Shown here piece after piece: positions 22,941 to 36,523 of a stretch of 64,000 nt of DNA (position 1 is its first letter; each line of letters opens with the position of its first letter). The notes below the pieces were generated by a model. That model did no database searches. It saw only the letters and a program-made list of their open reading frames with translations, and was not told where the DNA came from. The stretch is from Podarcis filfolensis (Eukaryota): NCBI GenBank assembly GCA_964270895.1, contig OZ185437.1, one strand, 5' to 3'. A program made the position numbers and the translations under genes.

Positions 22941-25177
22941 GTTGTAAAAGATGCTATGAGTATTAAGGACTACATCCCAACTATAGATAAGTTTCAGTTA
23001 TGTATAATAGTAGTACTAAATTTGATTTTTGATTTTGTAATTTGTATTGTATGATGCATTGTGTTCAGTGCTGCTAATTTGAGAATAATGGGGGAAATAA
23101 AATAAAAAAAGAAATAAAAAGTAATGTGACATACTGATTTGTCATGGCAGGGACATTTAGAGGCAACATCTAGCCCTCTCCATTATATGCAAGAAATAGA
23201 CCGAGAAGGTTTTATGTATGTGTGTGAGCATGCATAAGCATACACCTGCATGGGCAGAGATACGGCTTGATTCTTTGGGCCATCTTGAGCTGTAGCAGAA
23301 CAAGCAGTGTTCCTATATCCGGAATGTGAGACTGAGACAGCTGCCTCTGGCATATTTTCCGGGAAGCCTCCTTCTTACCGGTACTTTTACATTTGCTGTG
23401 CAGGTTTTCTCTGGCAGCTTGTTGGTCTGACCTCTGTTCCCTTTGTAAAAATAGTGAGAAGAAGGGGGGTTGTCATTATTGTGAGCCCTTTATATGGCTT
23501 AGTGGCTCCCTTGATAGCCTGTGAATTTCCAGCCATCCACTGGAAAATAGGATTATAAGAAAAACAACAAGGGTCTTGAATCACCTCTGGGTTCTTTGCA
23601 TCTTCTGTGGTGTCATTTGGGTTTGAAGACAGCCATTAATTTACTGGAAAACAAGAGAAATGCAAAACAACAAAAGTGTAAAGTGATAAACAAATCTATT
23701 TAGGGTATAAATGGCATGCTTCTTAGGCTCTTCTTCAGTAAATTTAATTTGCAGGTTCAGTATTTGAAATTACTTTCAGGCCAGAATAGATGGCAATAAA
23801 ACATCTCCTTCCCTTATAGTTACCTTCAAAATGCAAACCACGTAGCCGAGAGGCATACATTGCAAGACAGGGGTTGTAGAGGCGATTGCGTTGGCAGATG
23901 CCCATCCCTTAATCTCGTAACCTGTGCCGCTATGGAGTTGATGTCCATCAAGTTAACTGTGTGTGTATGTTTACACTGCGAGGTAGAAAGGAAGAGGTGG
24001 TTGTAAGAGGAAAAGATAAAATGCCCCTTCCCTGGCAGTCATTCCCACAACCTGCAGCAAACATTTCCAACGGTTTATTAGGCATCTTCTTACTGTTTGT
24101 ACACTAACTGTGTTTCTCTGAAATTAACATTAATCTAAAAATGTAAGATTTCTTCCTCTTCTATTTTAGGTAGGTATGTTGGTTTTTTCCAATTATTTTA
24201 TGGCATTGTTGCATTTTGTATTGGACATCTCAGTACGTACCCAGCATAACTGCCAACGAGGACAGCCATACTTCTGTCCAGGGTTGGTGGCTTTCTAACT
24301 AACTTGGCAGCCCTTCAGTGAACCACATGCTCCTTCTCCCCCCCCCCCTTTTCTTTTTAAGTCATGAGGAGTTTAAAACAATTGGGCAACTTGTGAGGTG
24401 AGAGTTGAAAAGACAACAAAAACACCAGGTGCACACCAGAGTCTCTCAGTCACAAACGTTGTGAATTTTTATGTAGTAAAAGGATGACAGTAATTTATAA
24501 ATCACTGTAGAAATACAGTGGAATTTGTGGAACATCATACATTGCCTGCCCGCCCGCCACTCTAGTTTTCCCATTTTAAATGCTGCACGATTCTGTGCGT
24601 TATTCCCAGGGACACTGGGGAAATTGAAGGAAAGCTTTTTTGAGGTGGTCAAATTAGACCTTTAAAAATGCAGTACCTCAGTTCTGAAAATGCCTAAGTA
24701 TAGAGCAGAGATGAAGTGGGTAATAAAAGAGCAAGCTTTCATCTAATCTTTCTCCTAGAGACCCAGGTGGACAAATTGGCAACCCTGTTCACAGCCTTTC
24801 TCCCCCCCCCTCCTCTTTGTACCATAAGAACTACTAATCGGATCCATGCTGCTCTAACTGTGGTTAGTTATTAGCAGAATAAAAGCAGATTTCTTCGAAA
24901 GAACAGGTTGGGGTGGGGTGGGGGAAACGACTATACAAAATTGCAGGGTTGTTAGAATCTTAAATGCACAGCAGTTGATTCTCCCCCCCATTCTGAATTA
25001 TATGATGAATAAAGTCTTTCATCTGTCACTATGCCCATTTCCTTCAAAAGGCAGCTAAATATTAAGCTTTTCAAACAAAAAAAAATCACTAAAGGAATAA
25101 ATAATGGGGAGGAGGAATAATAGGCAAGCAGATAGCGGAAAGCCAGGCTTGTTTTTATTAATTTGCTGTAGAAATGT

Positions 25178-25400
25178 AGAATCATAGAATTTTAGAGTTG
25201 GAAATAACCCCGGCTCTAAGGTAGCATACTTCCATACCAAATGCATTCCTGTCCATGCTTCTCTGCTGTAAGGGGACTTCACAATCTCTCAAGCAATATG
25301 CTCTGTTGGTGAACCCTTAGCCAAAATCTGCTTTATAAGCACTCAGGACCTCACTTCTAGTTCAGTCCCTGATGAATCTGATGATCGGTCCTTTTATATA
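25178..25400 (-). mobile_element. CR1 LINE 3' fragment, diverged
   Basis: gaatcatagaatttagagttggaa is the reverse complement of the CR1 tail ttccaactc..attctatgattc. Confidence 0.65.
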
Positions 25401-26463
25401 TAGATTATTTTGTTTGAGTATTGGCAAAAATAACAAAACTCATGAAGTTTCTTTCGGAGGGCGTTAATAATTCAGCCATAGATACATCTTGCCCAGTTAG
25501 TTACACAGATTCCATCTGCTGTGATGGGTCAATTTCTCTTGTTTCAGCCTACCTTTAACTTTTAAAATTTGAAAACTTCATCATGCTTCCCTTGAGTCTT
25601 TGTAATATGGCTTGCCCACTGGAAAGTGGCATTCATATTGGTAAGCTCCTTTTGGTTCGATTCTGAAATGAGCAGTTTCTGCCAGTGTTCATATTGTGGA
25701 GCATTTTATGAGTCTGTTGTTCAGCCTTAGAAGTTAAGATGGAGTACCCTCGTGGATTGTTTTTAGTGGGGCAGTTTTCTGAGCTAGCTGTCAGCAGGCG
25801 AGCTTGGCAATATGCTCAGCAACCAGAAGGTGAGGGGGAGAATATCTGAACATCCCCTCTAACAACTGCTCCTCTTTTTTCTTTTCTTTTTTGCAAGTGC
25901 TTGTGTCATTTGAGTGCCCAGTGAGGCTGTTTCATCTTATGATTCGGTCTGGTTTTAGGCAGAGTCACATATATTCTATTTTTCCCTTCTGCAAGGCTCC
26001 AGGCCCCACAGCATCCTCCTCCAGAGAGGAGGCATGGGAAGAGGCAGAAGGTCAGGCACTAGAGAACTGTGAGGAGCCAGAGTGTCTCTCTTCATTACTG
26101 AGTGAACATAGAGCACTGGCAAGAGGCAAAAGGTGGCGGAAGAGGAACTGGGCCAGGGGAAGGTTTCTCCCTGTGAAGATTCATTGGCTGTCTTCAGTTC
26201 CTTCCATTCTGCATTCCTCCTTCCTTCCTTCCTTCTCCAAAGTGCTGTAGTGGCACTTGTAATGACAACTCAAAGATATTTTCTCCAATCTGAATATATT
26301 CAGGACCTTCAGCTGTATATACAGCATGCCTTCTGGACATTTCATCATCCTTCTTCTCAATGTTGTTCTTGAAATTATTAGCATAATAATGACAATTGCA
26401 GGCCTGTGTTGAATTGTATTTTCCCAGGTTTTAAAAATCATGCTACTTTTGATATGAACTAAA

Positions 26464-26586
26464 ACGGGCAGGCAATGTGGTACCCTCTAGATGTTTTTGG
26501 ACTTCCATAGGCCACAACCAGCATAGCCAGGATGTGGGGAGTTATAGTCCAACAACATTGTGAAGGCACTACATTGGCCATGCCTG
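26464..26586. mobile_element. Diverged palindromic hAT-type MITE (22730 family)
   Basis: ccctctagatgtttttggac...gggagttatagtccaacaaca...catgcctg. Confidence 0.6.
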
Positions 26587-28443
26587 TACTAAAACGACAT
26601 GGATATTTTGTGCCAAGCTTGCAACTGTTGACATACTTTTCTCGATACTCAGCCTTAACTCATAAACCCGTCTCCTCAGTGTTCAAACTAGACATTTATC
26701 CCCCTTCCTATAAGTAATGCTCTTGGTTTTTATTCTCGTGTGTGACATCTTACATTTGTCCTTGCTGGATTTCACATTACTGCTACCAGCCAAGGCTAAA
26801 CAACCTGTAAACATTTTGGATTTTTAGTCAATGTGCTCTTTTAAATAGCCTGATGTTATTTCTGTGCCTTTTCCTACTTCAGTTTCTTGAAATATTCATT
26901 TATAAAGATTGAGCAGAATTTTTTGCCCTGGTCTGTCACCATTTCTGGCATGAAATTTGAGGACTTCATTCAAACATCCTGAGGGCAAGAAAAAATGAAT
27001 CTTGTTTTTTGCTTCTCCTAATGAAAATAGGGGTGTGGCTAGAGTGTACAGATGTTATATAGCTGGCAAGAGATCTACTTCCTGCTCTATAACTACCAAA
27101 CTAAGAGATGGTGGATTAATATTTGAAACTCCTAAGAATGTGCTTTCTTTTGGTGCTATTTTGATAACACCAAGCAGCCAAAATGTGAATGAGGTTTCAC
27201 TGTGCTAGATACTGCACAAACAATGGGGGGAACTTGCTCAGGCATTATGTTTTTTTATATAGCAATTGCTTTTACACAGCAAATGTGGCAATTCTATTCC
27301 AGATCTATCAGCACACAAAGCAACCATAAACACAGCTTAAATGGCCAATTTCACAGGGTTTATGACTGCATTGTATTGTCGCTATGACACCAATCAGCCA
27401 AGGTGTAATCTGGCCCTTAGAAGGCTGTTTAGTCTGTGTGTAATGCATTGCAATTATCAAGGTCCCAGGCTTAGTTCCAGGTGAGCAGTAAAACACTGTC
27501 GAGGGAAAATCTATCCATTTGGCTCTGCAGTAGAATTAAAGGAAGGGCAAAAGATTGGCTTCATGGATTAATGTTGGTAACACAGTTCATTGTGCAGATT
27601 AGGGTGTCTCCAGGCCAGCATTCTTATGATATTTTATTTTGTTTTGTATTTTCCCTCACTGTACTAATTTTTGCATGCCTTCTGTATGCACACACGTCAT
27701 CCTCCCATAATTGATTTTTGTAAACCGATGCTTGATTTCCCTGGTTGCACATGCAAATACACACAGGGACACATTGACATGATAACAACTGATGCAATGT
27801 GCTAAGGAGACAGAAGGTGAGGCAGGAGAGGGGAACCTCATGATGGAATCTGGAAGTAGCTATTTTAGTTTGTGTGAAAAATCAGTAACCAGAATAAATG
27901 ACCAAAGGCTTGAATCCCAAATTACACTTCCAGGAATGGAAAAAGCTCCTCCCATTTACAGAACGGCCCTTGATCCTGCAGAATCTCCCATGGATGAAGG
28001 AGTGAGGCAGTTTTTGTCATTTCCCCCTTTCCCATGCAGCTACCTGTGCACAGTTTTCCAGAGGATCCCCCCAACCCTCCATAGCAGATTTTGGGAGAGC
28101 CCAGGGGAATTACAGAGAATTGGATAACTGGTTAACACTGCCTCTCCCTTTTCACTCGCAAGATTTCAGGATCCAGGATAAAGTGATTATGTTGGCATGG
28201 TACATGGGTGCTACAGTGAAAATGGAACATTCCTTTTAAATAGATAAAATGAAAATGTTCTTGACATCAGTAATATAGTAGGAAGCAAGGTACAAAGACT
28301 GGGAAGAGGGACTCTAATGGATTTTATGTCTAGATCAGTTATGGAAAGATTCCTTGCATTGATGTACAACCTTTTATATAAAAAATAAGTAGTAACAGAC
28401 TATTGTTACTCCTCACCATGTATCAGTAGCAGATAATGTAAAG

Positions 28444-28583
28444 CAGGTGTAGGAAAAACCTTTGGCCATCCAGATGTTGCTGGACTACAACTCCCATCAT
28501 CCCTGCCCTTTGGCGATGTCAGCTGGGGCTGATGGGAGTTGGAGTCCAACAATATCTGAAGGGCCAAATGTTCCCCATCCCTG
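28444..28583. mobile_element. Palindromic hAT-type MITE with 8-bp TSD
   Basis: ccagatgttgctggactacaactcccatca...tgatgggagttggagtccaacaatatctg. TSD atgtaaag (28436-28443) / atataaag (28584-28591), 7/8. Confidence 0.85.
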
Positions 28584-31500
28584 ATATAAAGGGATTCCTT
28601 TTCGGACATATCTTCAGAGTTTGTACCCGAGAACATTTGGCTGTTTAGTTGGTAAAAGCATAGTATTGAAGGAAAGATAAGCCATAGCATTGCCATGGAC
28701 CTTTTTAGCCACTGGTACAATGTCATTGTTATCATGGTTACTACTATTATACAGTGCCAAAGAAAGCAATTCATTGCCATGGCCAGACATGGAGCAGAAC
28801 GGAGCAGCAGATCCACTGCCACACCTCAGGCTCTGCTGCTGGTGCTGGCCAGGGCAAAAGGAAGGATATGCATTAGGCCCCTCCCTGGAAAATGGGACAT
28901 TTTTAATCCAGCACCAGTCCTTGTCCTTCGCTTCCCTTGTAACACCCTGCTTCAGAAGCTTATGCTGACTATTGCTTGTGGGACTGCCACTAGTAGTAGA
29001 GTGCAGTGCGCTGCATTTTCAGCATGGCCACTGAGACCCTCTATAGCAACTGAGCCCCTGCCCTGGCAGCACAGTCCAGTGGTGAGACCCCTCCATGTCA
29101 TCTTATCCTTCTCCAGCGGTGCAGATTGGGGGTTAGGATTGCTCAGTAAAATGGTTAGACCCTGTACAAAAATTAGAAATAGCACAGACGCTAATCTCAA
29201 GCGTCATCCAAAGGTAAAAATGTGACACATTTGTGGAGGAAAGGAAAGGAGACTAAAGAGGAAGGAAAATCAATCTGGGAAAACCAAGGTTATAGCTGTC
29301 AAAATAGGCCAATGATGAGACCTTTTCCTTCGGCTCTTGGAACAGTGGCTGATCATTGATGGGAGTTAAGGAAGAAAGTAATGGGCAAGGTAGGCTAATG
29401 GAAAGTATCAGTTAAAACTTAGCCCTTTTTAAAACAAATATATGTTTTAATCATTATTTTCCTCATCCTAAGCTTCACAAGTCAGGGACTTGGTTTTTGT
29501 TTTGCTGCATTTTTCTGGAAAGTACTATGAACACTGGTGACAGTCCACAAAGTAATATTTGTTGTTGTTGCAGTAGTAGTAGTTACTGCAGTTGTTATGC
29601 CTAGAATTTATTGTGGGTGCAGAGATTCCAGCTTTTAAAATATTAAAACTTGAAAAATTAGTGAGACAAGAATCAGAAATGTTCTGATTTACTTGGCCAC
29701 GCTCTGCTGCCTGAAGTACTAAAGTAAAATGTAGCCTTTTAAAATAAATTCCGCAGGGAACAGTTGCTACATTGCCCTGTAGCCAACAGTTATTTGTTCA
29801 CTTATATAGCAGCTCTAGCAGCATGATATGGAGCTAAATTCTTTGGGTTGTTTCCAGTCCCATTATGATCAACAACAATCTTGCCATTAAATTCAGTGGC
29901 AAGTAGATTGGGACCTTTCTCTACTGAACTCAGAATGGCTTAACAGCACCACCAGTTGACTAAACATCCAAAATTATTTGCTGGCTCAGTTACAAAATTC
30001 CTCTTGGTTTCTAAATCAAAAGTGACTTCTCCCGTAAGGTAAAATAGCAAAAATTGATTTTAGTGGAGCTCCTTGAAAAAGAAAAAGAAAAACCAAGATA
30101 GCTCAGGAACAGCATACCTTCATGGTGATTTGATGCAGTCAATTCATGGATTGGATTTACATCAAAGTCCAAAGTAAAAGACTTTCTGAAGGTCTAATCA
30201 AACCAGACTCTTTCTTTTCAACATGGCATCCATTCCTGTTATGTGCAGATTAATTGGGTCTGAGTGCCACACCACCTGATAAATATTAAATAATTTGATT
30301 GTATTGATCTGTTATGTGCTTTCTTTTTTGTAGTCTATTTGAAATCTCTAGATTCCACTCTTTATGTTTAGAGTTTAGTCATTATATTTAAAAAACTATT
30401 ACTGAATTTTAATTCATATTGGCCACCCTTTGGTGCCTGACGATGGTGTAGTGTGTTAGTGGATAAAGTGATGTTGTCTACATCACTAAGTGATGTCATG
30501 TTGGATTAGAACCTGAGTCCCAGTACTGTGGGTTGGATCTCACATTTCTGTTGCATTCCCTGAAGGGAAGTTTGCTTACACAATGGGGTCTTCCATTGGT
30601 GGAAGAGATTATTTCATAAATTCTGCTTACGGATGTTTGTGTGAAAAAGAGGAGTATTGGCCAAATCAAGTCCAACTCTCCCGAAAAAAAGCTCCTAATT
30701 AACTTGAGAACTATATTTAAAAGGGAAATATTGAAAGAACCAAGAAAACCTGTCAATAAAAGAAATTTTGCAGTCTTTTTCACAAGTGCAAGTATGTTTC
30801 TGAACACTTTATAAACCCTTTTCAGTCTCTCTTCACTTTTACCCAAACATTACTTGGGATATAATTAAGGCATAATATTGAGTCCTCCTTTTAGGCATTA
30901 TCCCAACAAATATGAAGAGATAGTTAAATTTAAAGAGCTACTATTGTATAAGCACCAGTAGCTGCTTTTCATAAAGATTTTTATGGGCATTCTGTTTCAG
31001 ATAACGTATTATTTAATAAGGACTTTATAGCCAGTACACAATGCAGTCGATTTGACTGGCACCCGTTCTACCAAGATCTATACCTTACTCTGCTAAAATA
31101 TCTTGAATTGTTGTTTGATATTTTATTCCTCATGTATTTTCCATTCCTAAAAATGTACGGTAGTGGTTAGCCTGTGTAGCAGATACAATAACTCACCATT
31201 GTACAACCATGGTTAAACAAAAGTGGCAGAGCAATATTAGTATTGTGAAAAGTTCTCTTTTATTGCATTGGTCTATAAACACTGCCAGCAGCTTTCCTCT
31301 TATGTATAACGATAGTAATAATGATGATGAATATGTGTTTGCTGGTTGAAACTGTCCTCGATACTTCACTATTGCAATTTGTCACCTAGGCACTCGCTTA
31401 TACATTTATGCTATGGAAAGGCTGTGTGATACCACATAAAAACCAAATAAAAAGGCAAATCATCTTTCTCCCTATTCCTTTAGAAGTAAATGTAATATTT

Positions 31501-31748
31501 ATTGCTACCCACAGGTGATTCTGTGTAGCGCAATATAGTGCATGGTTTCTGCACCTTGCATACAATTCAGGATACATGGCGAGTTTTCACTTTCTTTGGC
31601 CTCTTTTACTCAAATTAAAAATGCAAATGCTACATATTGTTACCTGTCTGGAGCACTCCTCTTTCTGCGCGCAGCCGCTGCTTCCCTTACATTGCCTCCC
31701 CACAACACTTGAAACCTATGGGCAGCTTTCAAGAGTGTTCATAAGGAC

Positions 31749-31895
31749 TCGGGAAGATGCTTTGTGCCAAATCAGACCAATAGTGCGTCTAACTCAGTAT
31801 TCTCTACACTGACTGACAGCAGCCCTTCAGGGTATAAGGCAAGAGTCTTTCCCTGCTTTACATAGAGGTTCCAGGAAGTGAACCTGGGACCATTT
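31749..31895 (-). mobile_element. tRNA-Ala-derived SINE (Squam2-like), diverged
   Basis: ggaagatgct...tcagacca...ctcagtatt.tctacactgactg...gaacctgggacc is the reverse complement of the 15761 family. Confidence 0.7.
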
Positions 31896-32379
31896 TTGTT
31901 CTCAGGAAAGGAGGATATGCATAGGAAGCTTTCCAGTATAGACAGTTAACTCCCCAGTGTACATGTGCAAGTCTTGGTGACACAACCATAATTTTCTACA
32001 AGTTTTGTTAATTGCTGAAATTTTTTGTTCTGCTTTGAAAATGTATATCTCACCTACTTTCTGTGGAACTCAAGGTAGCAATCCCCGAGTTAAACCCCAT
32101 CATAAAACTACACAAAAATACAGCAATAATTTCAACAAAGCTAAGCACCAGAAAGAAAAAATAAGAACCTTTTTTTAAAAAAAGCCGTAACTTACCAGGC
32201 ACAGCAAATCATATAGTGAGAAAACCTGAAATACCTCATTAGGGGAGATGTTCCACATAACATTATAGAAATTTAGAAGATTGTTTATTTAAGAAAAAAC
32301 AACAACACAAAACATTCCTTCCTCTTCTACCAGGTCTTTGGCTGATTAACATGCTGTCCCCTTTTAAATGTGTTTGTGG

Positions 32380-32528
32380 GAAGAGGGAGGGGATTATTGG
32401 TTGTGTGGGCTGGTTGTTATTGTTTTTTGTTAGGAATTTTGTGTTTCTATCTTGTATTTTTATATTGTGAGCTGCCCTGAGATCCACGGATGGAAGGAGA
32501 GTATACTAATTTAATAAATAATAAATAA
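32380..32528 (+). mobile_element. L2-type 3' end with (AAT)n-like tail
   Basis: ttgtgagctgccctgagatcc...gtatactaatttaataaataataaataata. Confidence 0.5.
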
Positions 32529-35057
32529 TACTAGCATTTTCAGAGTAAATAATTTATCCCCAAATAGCCAGTAAGTACTTTAAGCAATTGTACAATTATG
32601 GTGTATATTTCTTTATACTGCATATCACTCTAGCATCTTTCCTCAAAAATCAGCTGTGGAAACAGTTGGCTAATTACTTTAAAATGATGCAACGGATGGA
32701 GCAGGAGAAACATATAGTTCTTTGCAGAGATTTACAGTTTGCCCCAGAACTCAACAATGACAATTCAGAGTAGCTTTGAAGAAAGACACATCATCATGCT
32801 CTGGCTTCGACAGACAGAATACTCTTGCATAAAAGTTAACATGGGTTTCACTTTGATCAACTATGCAGAGAAGGGAGCATTTTTAATAGCTTAAACAAAT
32901 CATATATTTTATGTGCTTCCAGTTGTTGAAAAGAGAAAAATGATTGCAAAGCGAGAAATGTGTGTTTGTCTTTGAAAATACTTCGGTTTAATTTGATGTG
33001 TCTACCATTTATACCATGTTCGCTAACATAGCTAATAAACACCTATATTGATAATACAGTATATATTTGTTGCCTAACCTGAGGTGGTACCAGCTGTTCT
33101 TGGTAACCAGACCAGCCATTTCTCAAATTAACAATGAATGAAAGCCTCAGGAGTTACTCTCCTTCCTCCTGTGGCAACTTGATTGCTTGGCATAAGGCAG
33201 TCACCACAATATAACAAAAAGAGAGGTGTTCCTGTGCTGTGTGTTCCGTTGTTTGTCACAGAGAAGGGCTTTGTGTGAGTGATTTTTTAAAATACAGCAT
33301 TGCTGAAGGAGAAACTCTGTGCCCCATGTCTAATGAGTTTGAAAATAGACTGTTAGTAGTCACAAAAGGAAAATTAGACACGTATGATTTGTGTGTTCAT
33401 TTTCTCATAGTAAATATAGTGTGATTTGTGCATGTGGACTGTACAAAGGTCTTTGGAATAAGAACCTGAACTAGCTTATCCATTCTTTGTATTCATGAAA
33501 AATTGTGTCCTTTGATTATTTGTCCTTTGATTATTTGTTTGGATTTCTACCCTGCTCAGTGTTGTGGGCTCAGTGTGGGTTAAAACATTTTGAAGCTAAA
33601 ATATTAAAAATACACGTTGGGAAGTACGTAGTTCTTTCAGTATGGAAATACAATTAATAATAATAGAAAATTCTCCTTGGTCACAAGTAAATGAAACCAA
33701 TACTATATCCAAGACCATTTTTCTTCCAGCCTTAAAAAAAACAAAAAACCAGTCCAAACAATAAACCCCTTAAAAGATTCAGAGGATACTTCATATTTCA
33801 AGTTTTAAAAGCAGGCGTTTATGCTGGTGTTGGTGATTAGATTCAAGTCTCTCTCGGCATTTTTCAGTGTTTTATCAGTTTTTGGCTGACTACCACTTTT
33901 GAAATGAATAAATTTTTAAGCCTGAGAAAACCTGATCACTATCAGTATATAGAGGCGCAGCACAAGGAATTGTGCTTCCCGTACTCTATGCTTCATGCCG
34001 CCACTGCTCTTCCCCCATTCTCCTTTTAAGGTGGCCACAGAGCTGCTGCCATCCTCCTCCTCCCAGTTTGTGCTGGTGGCAATAGTGCTGGTGGCTTCTC
34101 CACCATTTCCTCCCTGCATTACCCTATTCTGAGAAGAAGCCAAGGGGATCGCTCTTCAGAGCCCAGCATTCTAGAAATGCTTTTCAAACCTAGACATTTT
34201 CCAGGAAAATGCCTGGAGCCAGAAAGCCAACTCAATTTTTTAAAAAGCTCAAAAAGTCATTATAGCCACCACCTGTGAATCATGGCAGTAGCACAGCAAT
34301 TCTGCTGTCCACCTCACCCCAAATGAAGAGCTCTGAAGAGGACCCTTTGACCCGTTCTCAGAGTAAGGTGAAGTACGGCAGAGAAAGTGGTGGCAGAGAG
34401 CCTTGCCTCACAAACTGCACCGTAATGAGGAGGGGGGAGTTTGGCCTTGCCTCCCTACACACACACTTGCACCTGAGACCATTGTCTCATTTCACCTCTG
34501 TAATGCACTAGCCCCGAGTACCTATTTTATTAAAATAATACGGCCCTTTGTTACTCACGAGCACCTTTGTTTTTAAAGTTCGTTTTTAAAACATGAATTT
34601 CTCGACCCAGTTGCAGAAAAACCCTTGAAAAGTGCAGTGTGTGTTACAATGTATACCCGTATTAGCCTTTGCTTATAGCTGTCATGAACTGCATTGCTAA
34701 AAATGCACATTTACTAGGTCAGCGCATGATAAGTAAACAAGGGCAGCTGCAAACTTCCTACTTGTGAGGCTACTGTTAACATAAGACTTTGGAAGCTTTG
34801 CAAATACAATATGCTGTAAAAGGCTAAGTTATTGCTGACAGTTCATTTCTGCTATCAGTACTATTTGTACAAGGTTTTTCGGGGGGGAAGAAAGTGCTAG
34901 ATATTAAACTCTACGAGAATTTTGTAGCAGAGCAGACACACGGGGCTGGAGCAGAAATGGAGTTGAGTTGGCCATCACCTTAATAACTTTTTGGCTTGTT
35001 GCAACTGGCATAGTCAACACAATGTTACGGGAATTATGTAACAAGTCATATGGTGAG

Positions 35058-35244
35058 CATAGGAGCCAAGTCCTAGGGGCCAAGGTCCCTTTGCTCCTCC
35101 CAATAAAATATTTGAGGGACCCGCCACCCAAGCTGATGGACATTGCCATTCAAATATTGTGTGCATGCTTCATCTTGTGATTAATTATGTGAGGTCGGGC
35201 TTACCTGCCCCTCCCCCATATTTTTATTCAAGTTGACACCTCTT
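35058..35244. mobile_element. hAT-type MITE, paralogue of 49933-50099
   Basis: cataggagccaa...tatttgaggg...tgatggacattgccattcaaat...ttttattcaagttgacacc. TSD not recognisable. Confidence 0.75.
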
Positions 35245-35269
35245 TCGCAATTCGCATTACAGCTATTTA

Positions 35270-35375
35270 TTTATCATAGGAATATCCTACCTTTTCTCCC
35301 ATGAGCTCAAGGTGGATGTTCGGTCATCCCTCTTTTTATCCTCACAGCAGCCCTGTGAGGCAGGTTAGGCGGAAT
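35270..35375 (-). mobile_element. MIR/L2-like SINE 3' fragment
   Basis: atttatttat...gagctcaaggtgg...tttatcctcacagcagccctgtgaggcaggttagg. Confidence 0.55.
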
Positions 35376-36433
35376 CTTTGCCAAATAGAAGTTTTAACCT
35401 AGTAATTCTGTTTCATGTTTTCTGTATTATTGATTATGAAAAAGTCAACAATAGTCCCCTGCTGCCAAAAAAACCTCTTACCCCTCATACTCTTCTGGAT
35501 CCCGACATCCTCCCTGCAGCTGTTAATAGTGGGAATAAAGAGAAGGAGAATCCTTATCATGGGATTCCAATATAGTTTGATCCTCACAGAGGTGATGCAA
35601 GCAATTCTGTTTGCACCGTTGCCCAGAGCTATGCAAGTCTCTGGGTCAAGATGGCATTCTGCTGCACTGTGTGTAATGCCATTTGTGAGTCTCCCTCTGC
35701 CTCTCTCTCTCTCTTTTGTTAAACATTAACTTGGATTCCTTCCCATGCCAATTTATATGTTAGCTCTGTATTTTTACCAGGTGCAAATTATGAATTAAGC
35801 TCTTGTTTGAATAACTAAGTGCACAACACAGGCTTTACAGAAATACCAGTTTTATTGCTGTGTTACACTTAGAGGACACCAAGATATCATTAAAACCTCA
35901 GATTCTTTACAATATTCTTCTTCCCAAAAAGCATAAATGGAATTTATCTTTAGTTGCTGTTGTTGGCAGCTGTCCATGTGTTCCTGGCTGGCGGCCAGTC
36001 CATGCTCAACAGGATGAGTCCCACCGTTCAGCAGACTTGGATTTTGTTAGAACGCCCTCATAGAAATGTATGTCAGGAGATTTCCAGCTATAAATTGGAT
36101 CATGTCAGTAAGGATGGGAACAGGCTCGGTACGAAATTGAACAATTCGGCATGCCTGATGTTAAATATGTTTATGCATGCTTTCTCCTTGGGTTACGAAA
36201 ACAGAAAACATTGTGAAATAAACCTGTTGCAGTATCTCTGATGTTCACACCACATTTTTAGTCATTTGCAGTGTGCTGGTGTTCACACTTTCTAGGAGTA
36301 TGCCCTGCTGGATACAATGGGACTTATGTCTGAGGGAAAGTGCATAGGATTGTGCTGTAGGAATAGGTTTTATTTGCATATGTTACTTCACTAAGAACTA
36401 ATTATTTATTTCCCTTCCCCATTTGTGTTGCAG

Positions 36434-36523
36434 GTAGCCAGATGCCATCCCAGACTCCAGGTAGCCAATCGGAATCCAGCTCCCATCCTGCCTTGAGTCA
36501 GTCCCCAATGCCACAAGATCGAG
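36434..36523 (+). CDS. ARID1B: ARID1B coding exon (90 nt, phase 1 to 1)
   Basis: ttgcag|GT and CGAG|gtttgt. Encodes (G)[29 protein letters not shown](G), in frame with neighbours. Missed by the ORF track. Confidence 0.95.

Noticed and set aside
24907-24925. G-quadruplex candidate (also ~1738 and ~7050)
   Set aside because: Only three runs of three or more G; does not meet the canonical four-tract pattern.
28406-29225. Overlapping 82-176 aa ORFs on both strands
   Set aside because: They run through a MITE, show no recognisable domain or splice context, and are compatible with chance.
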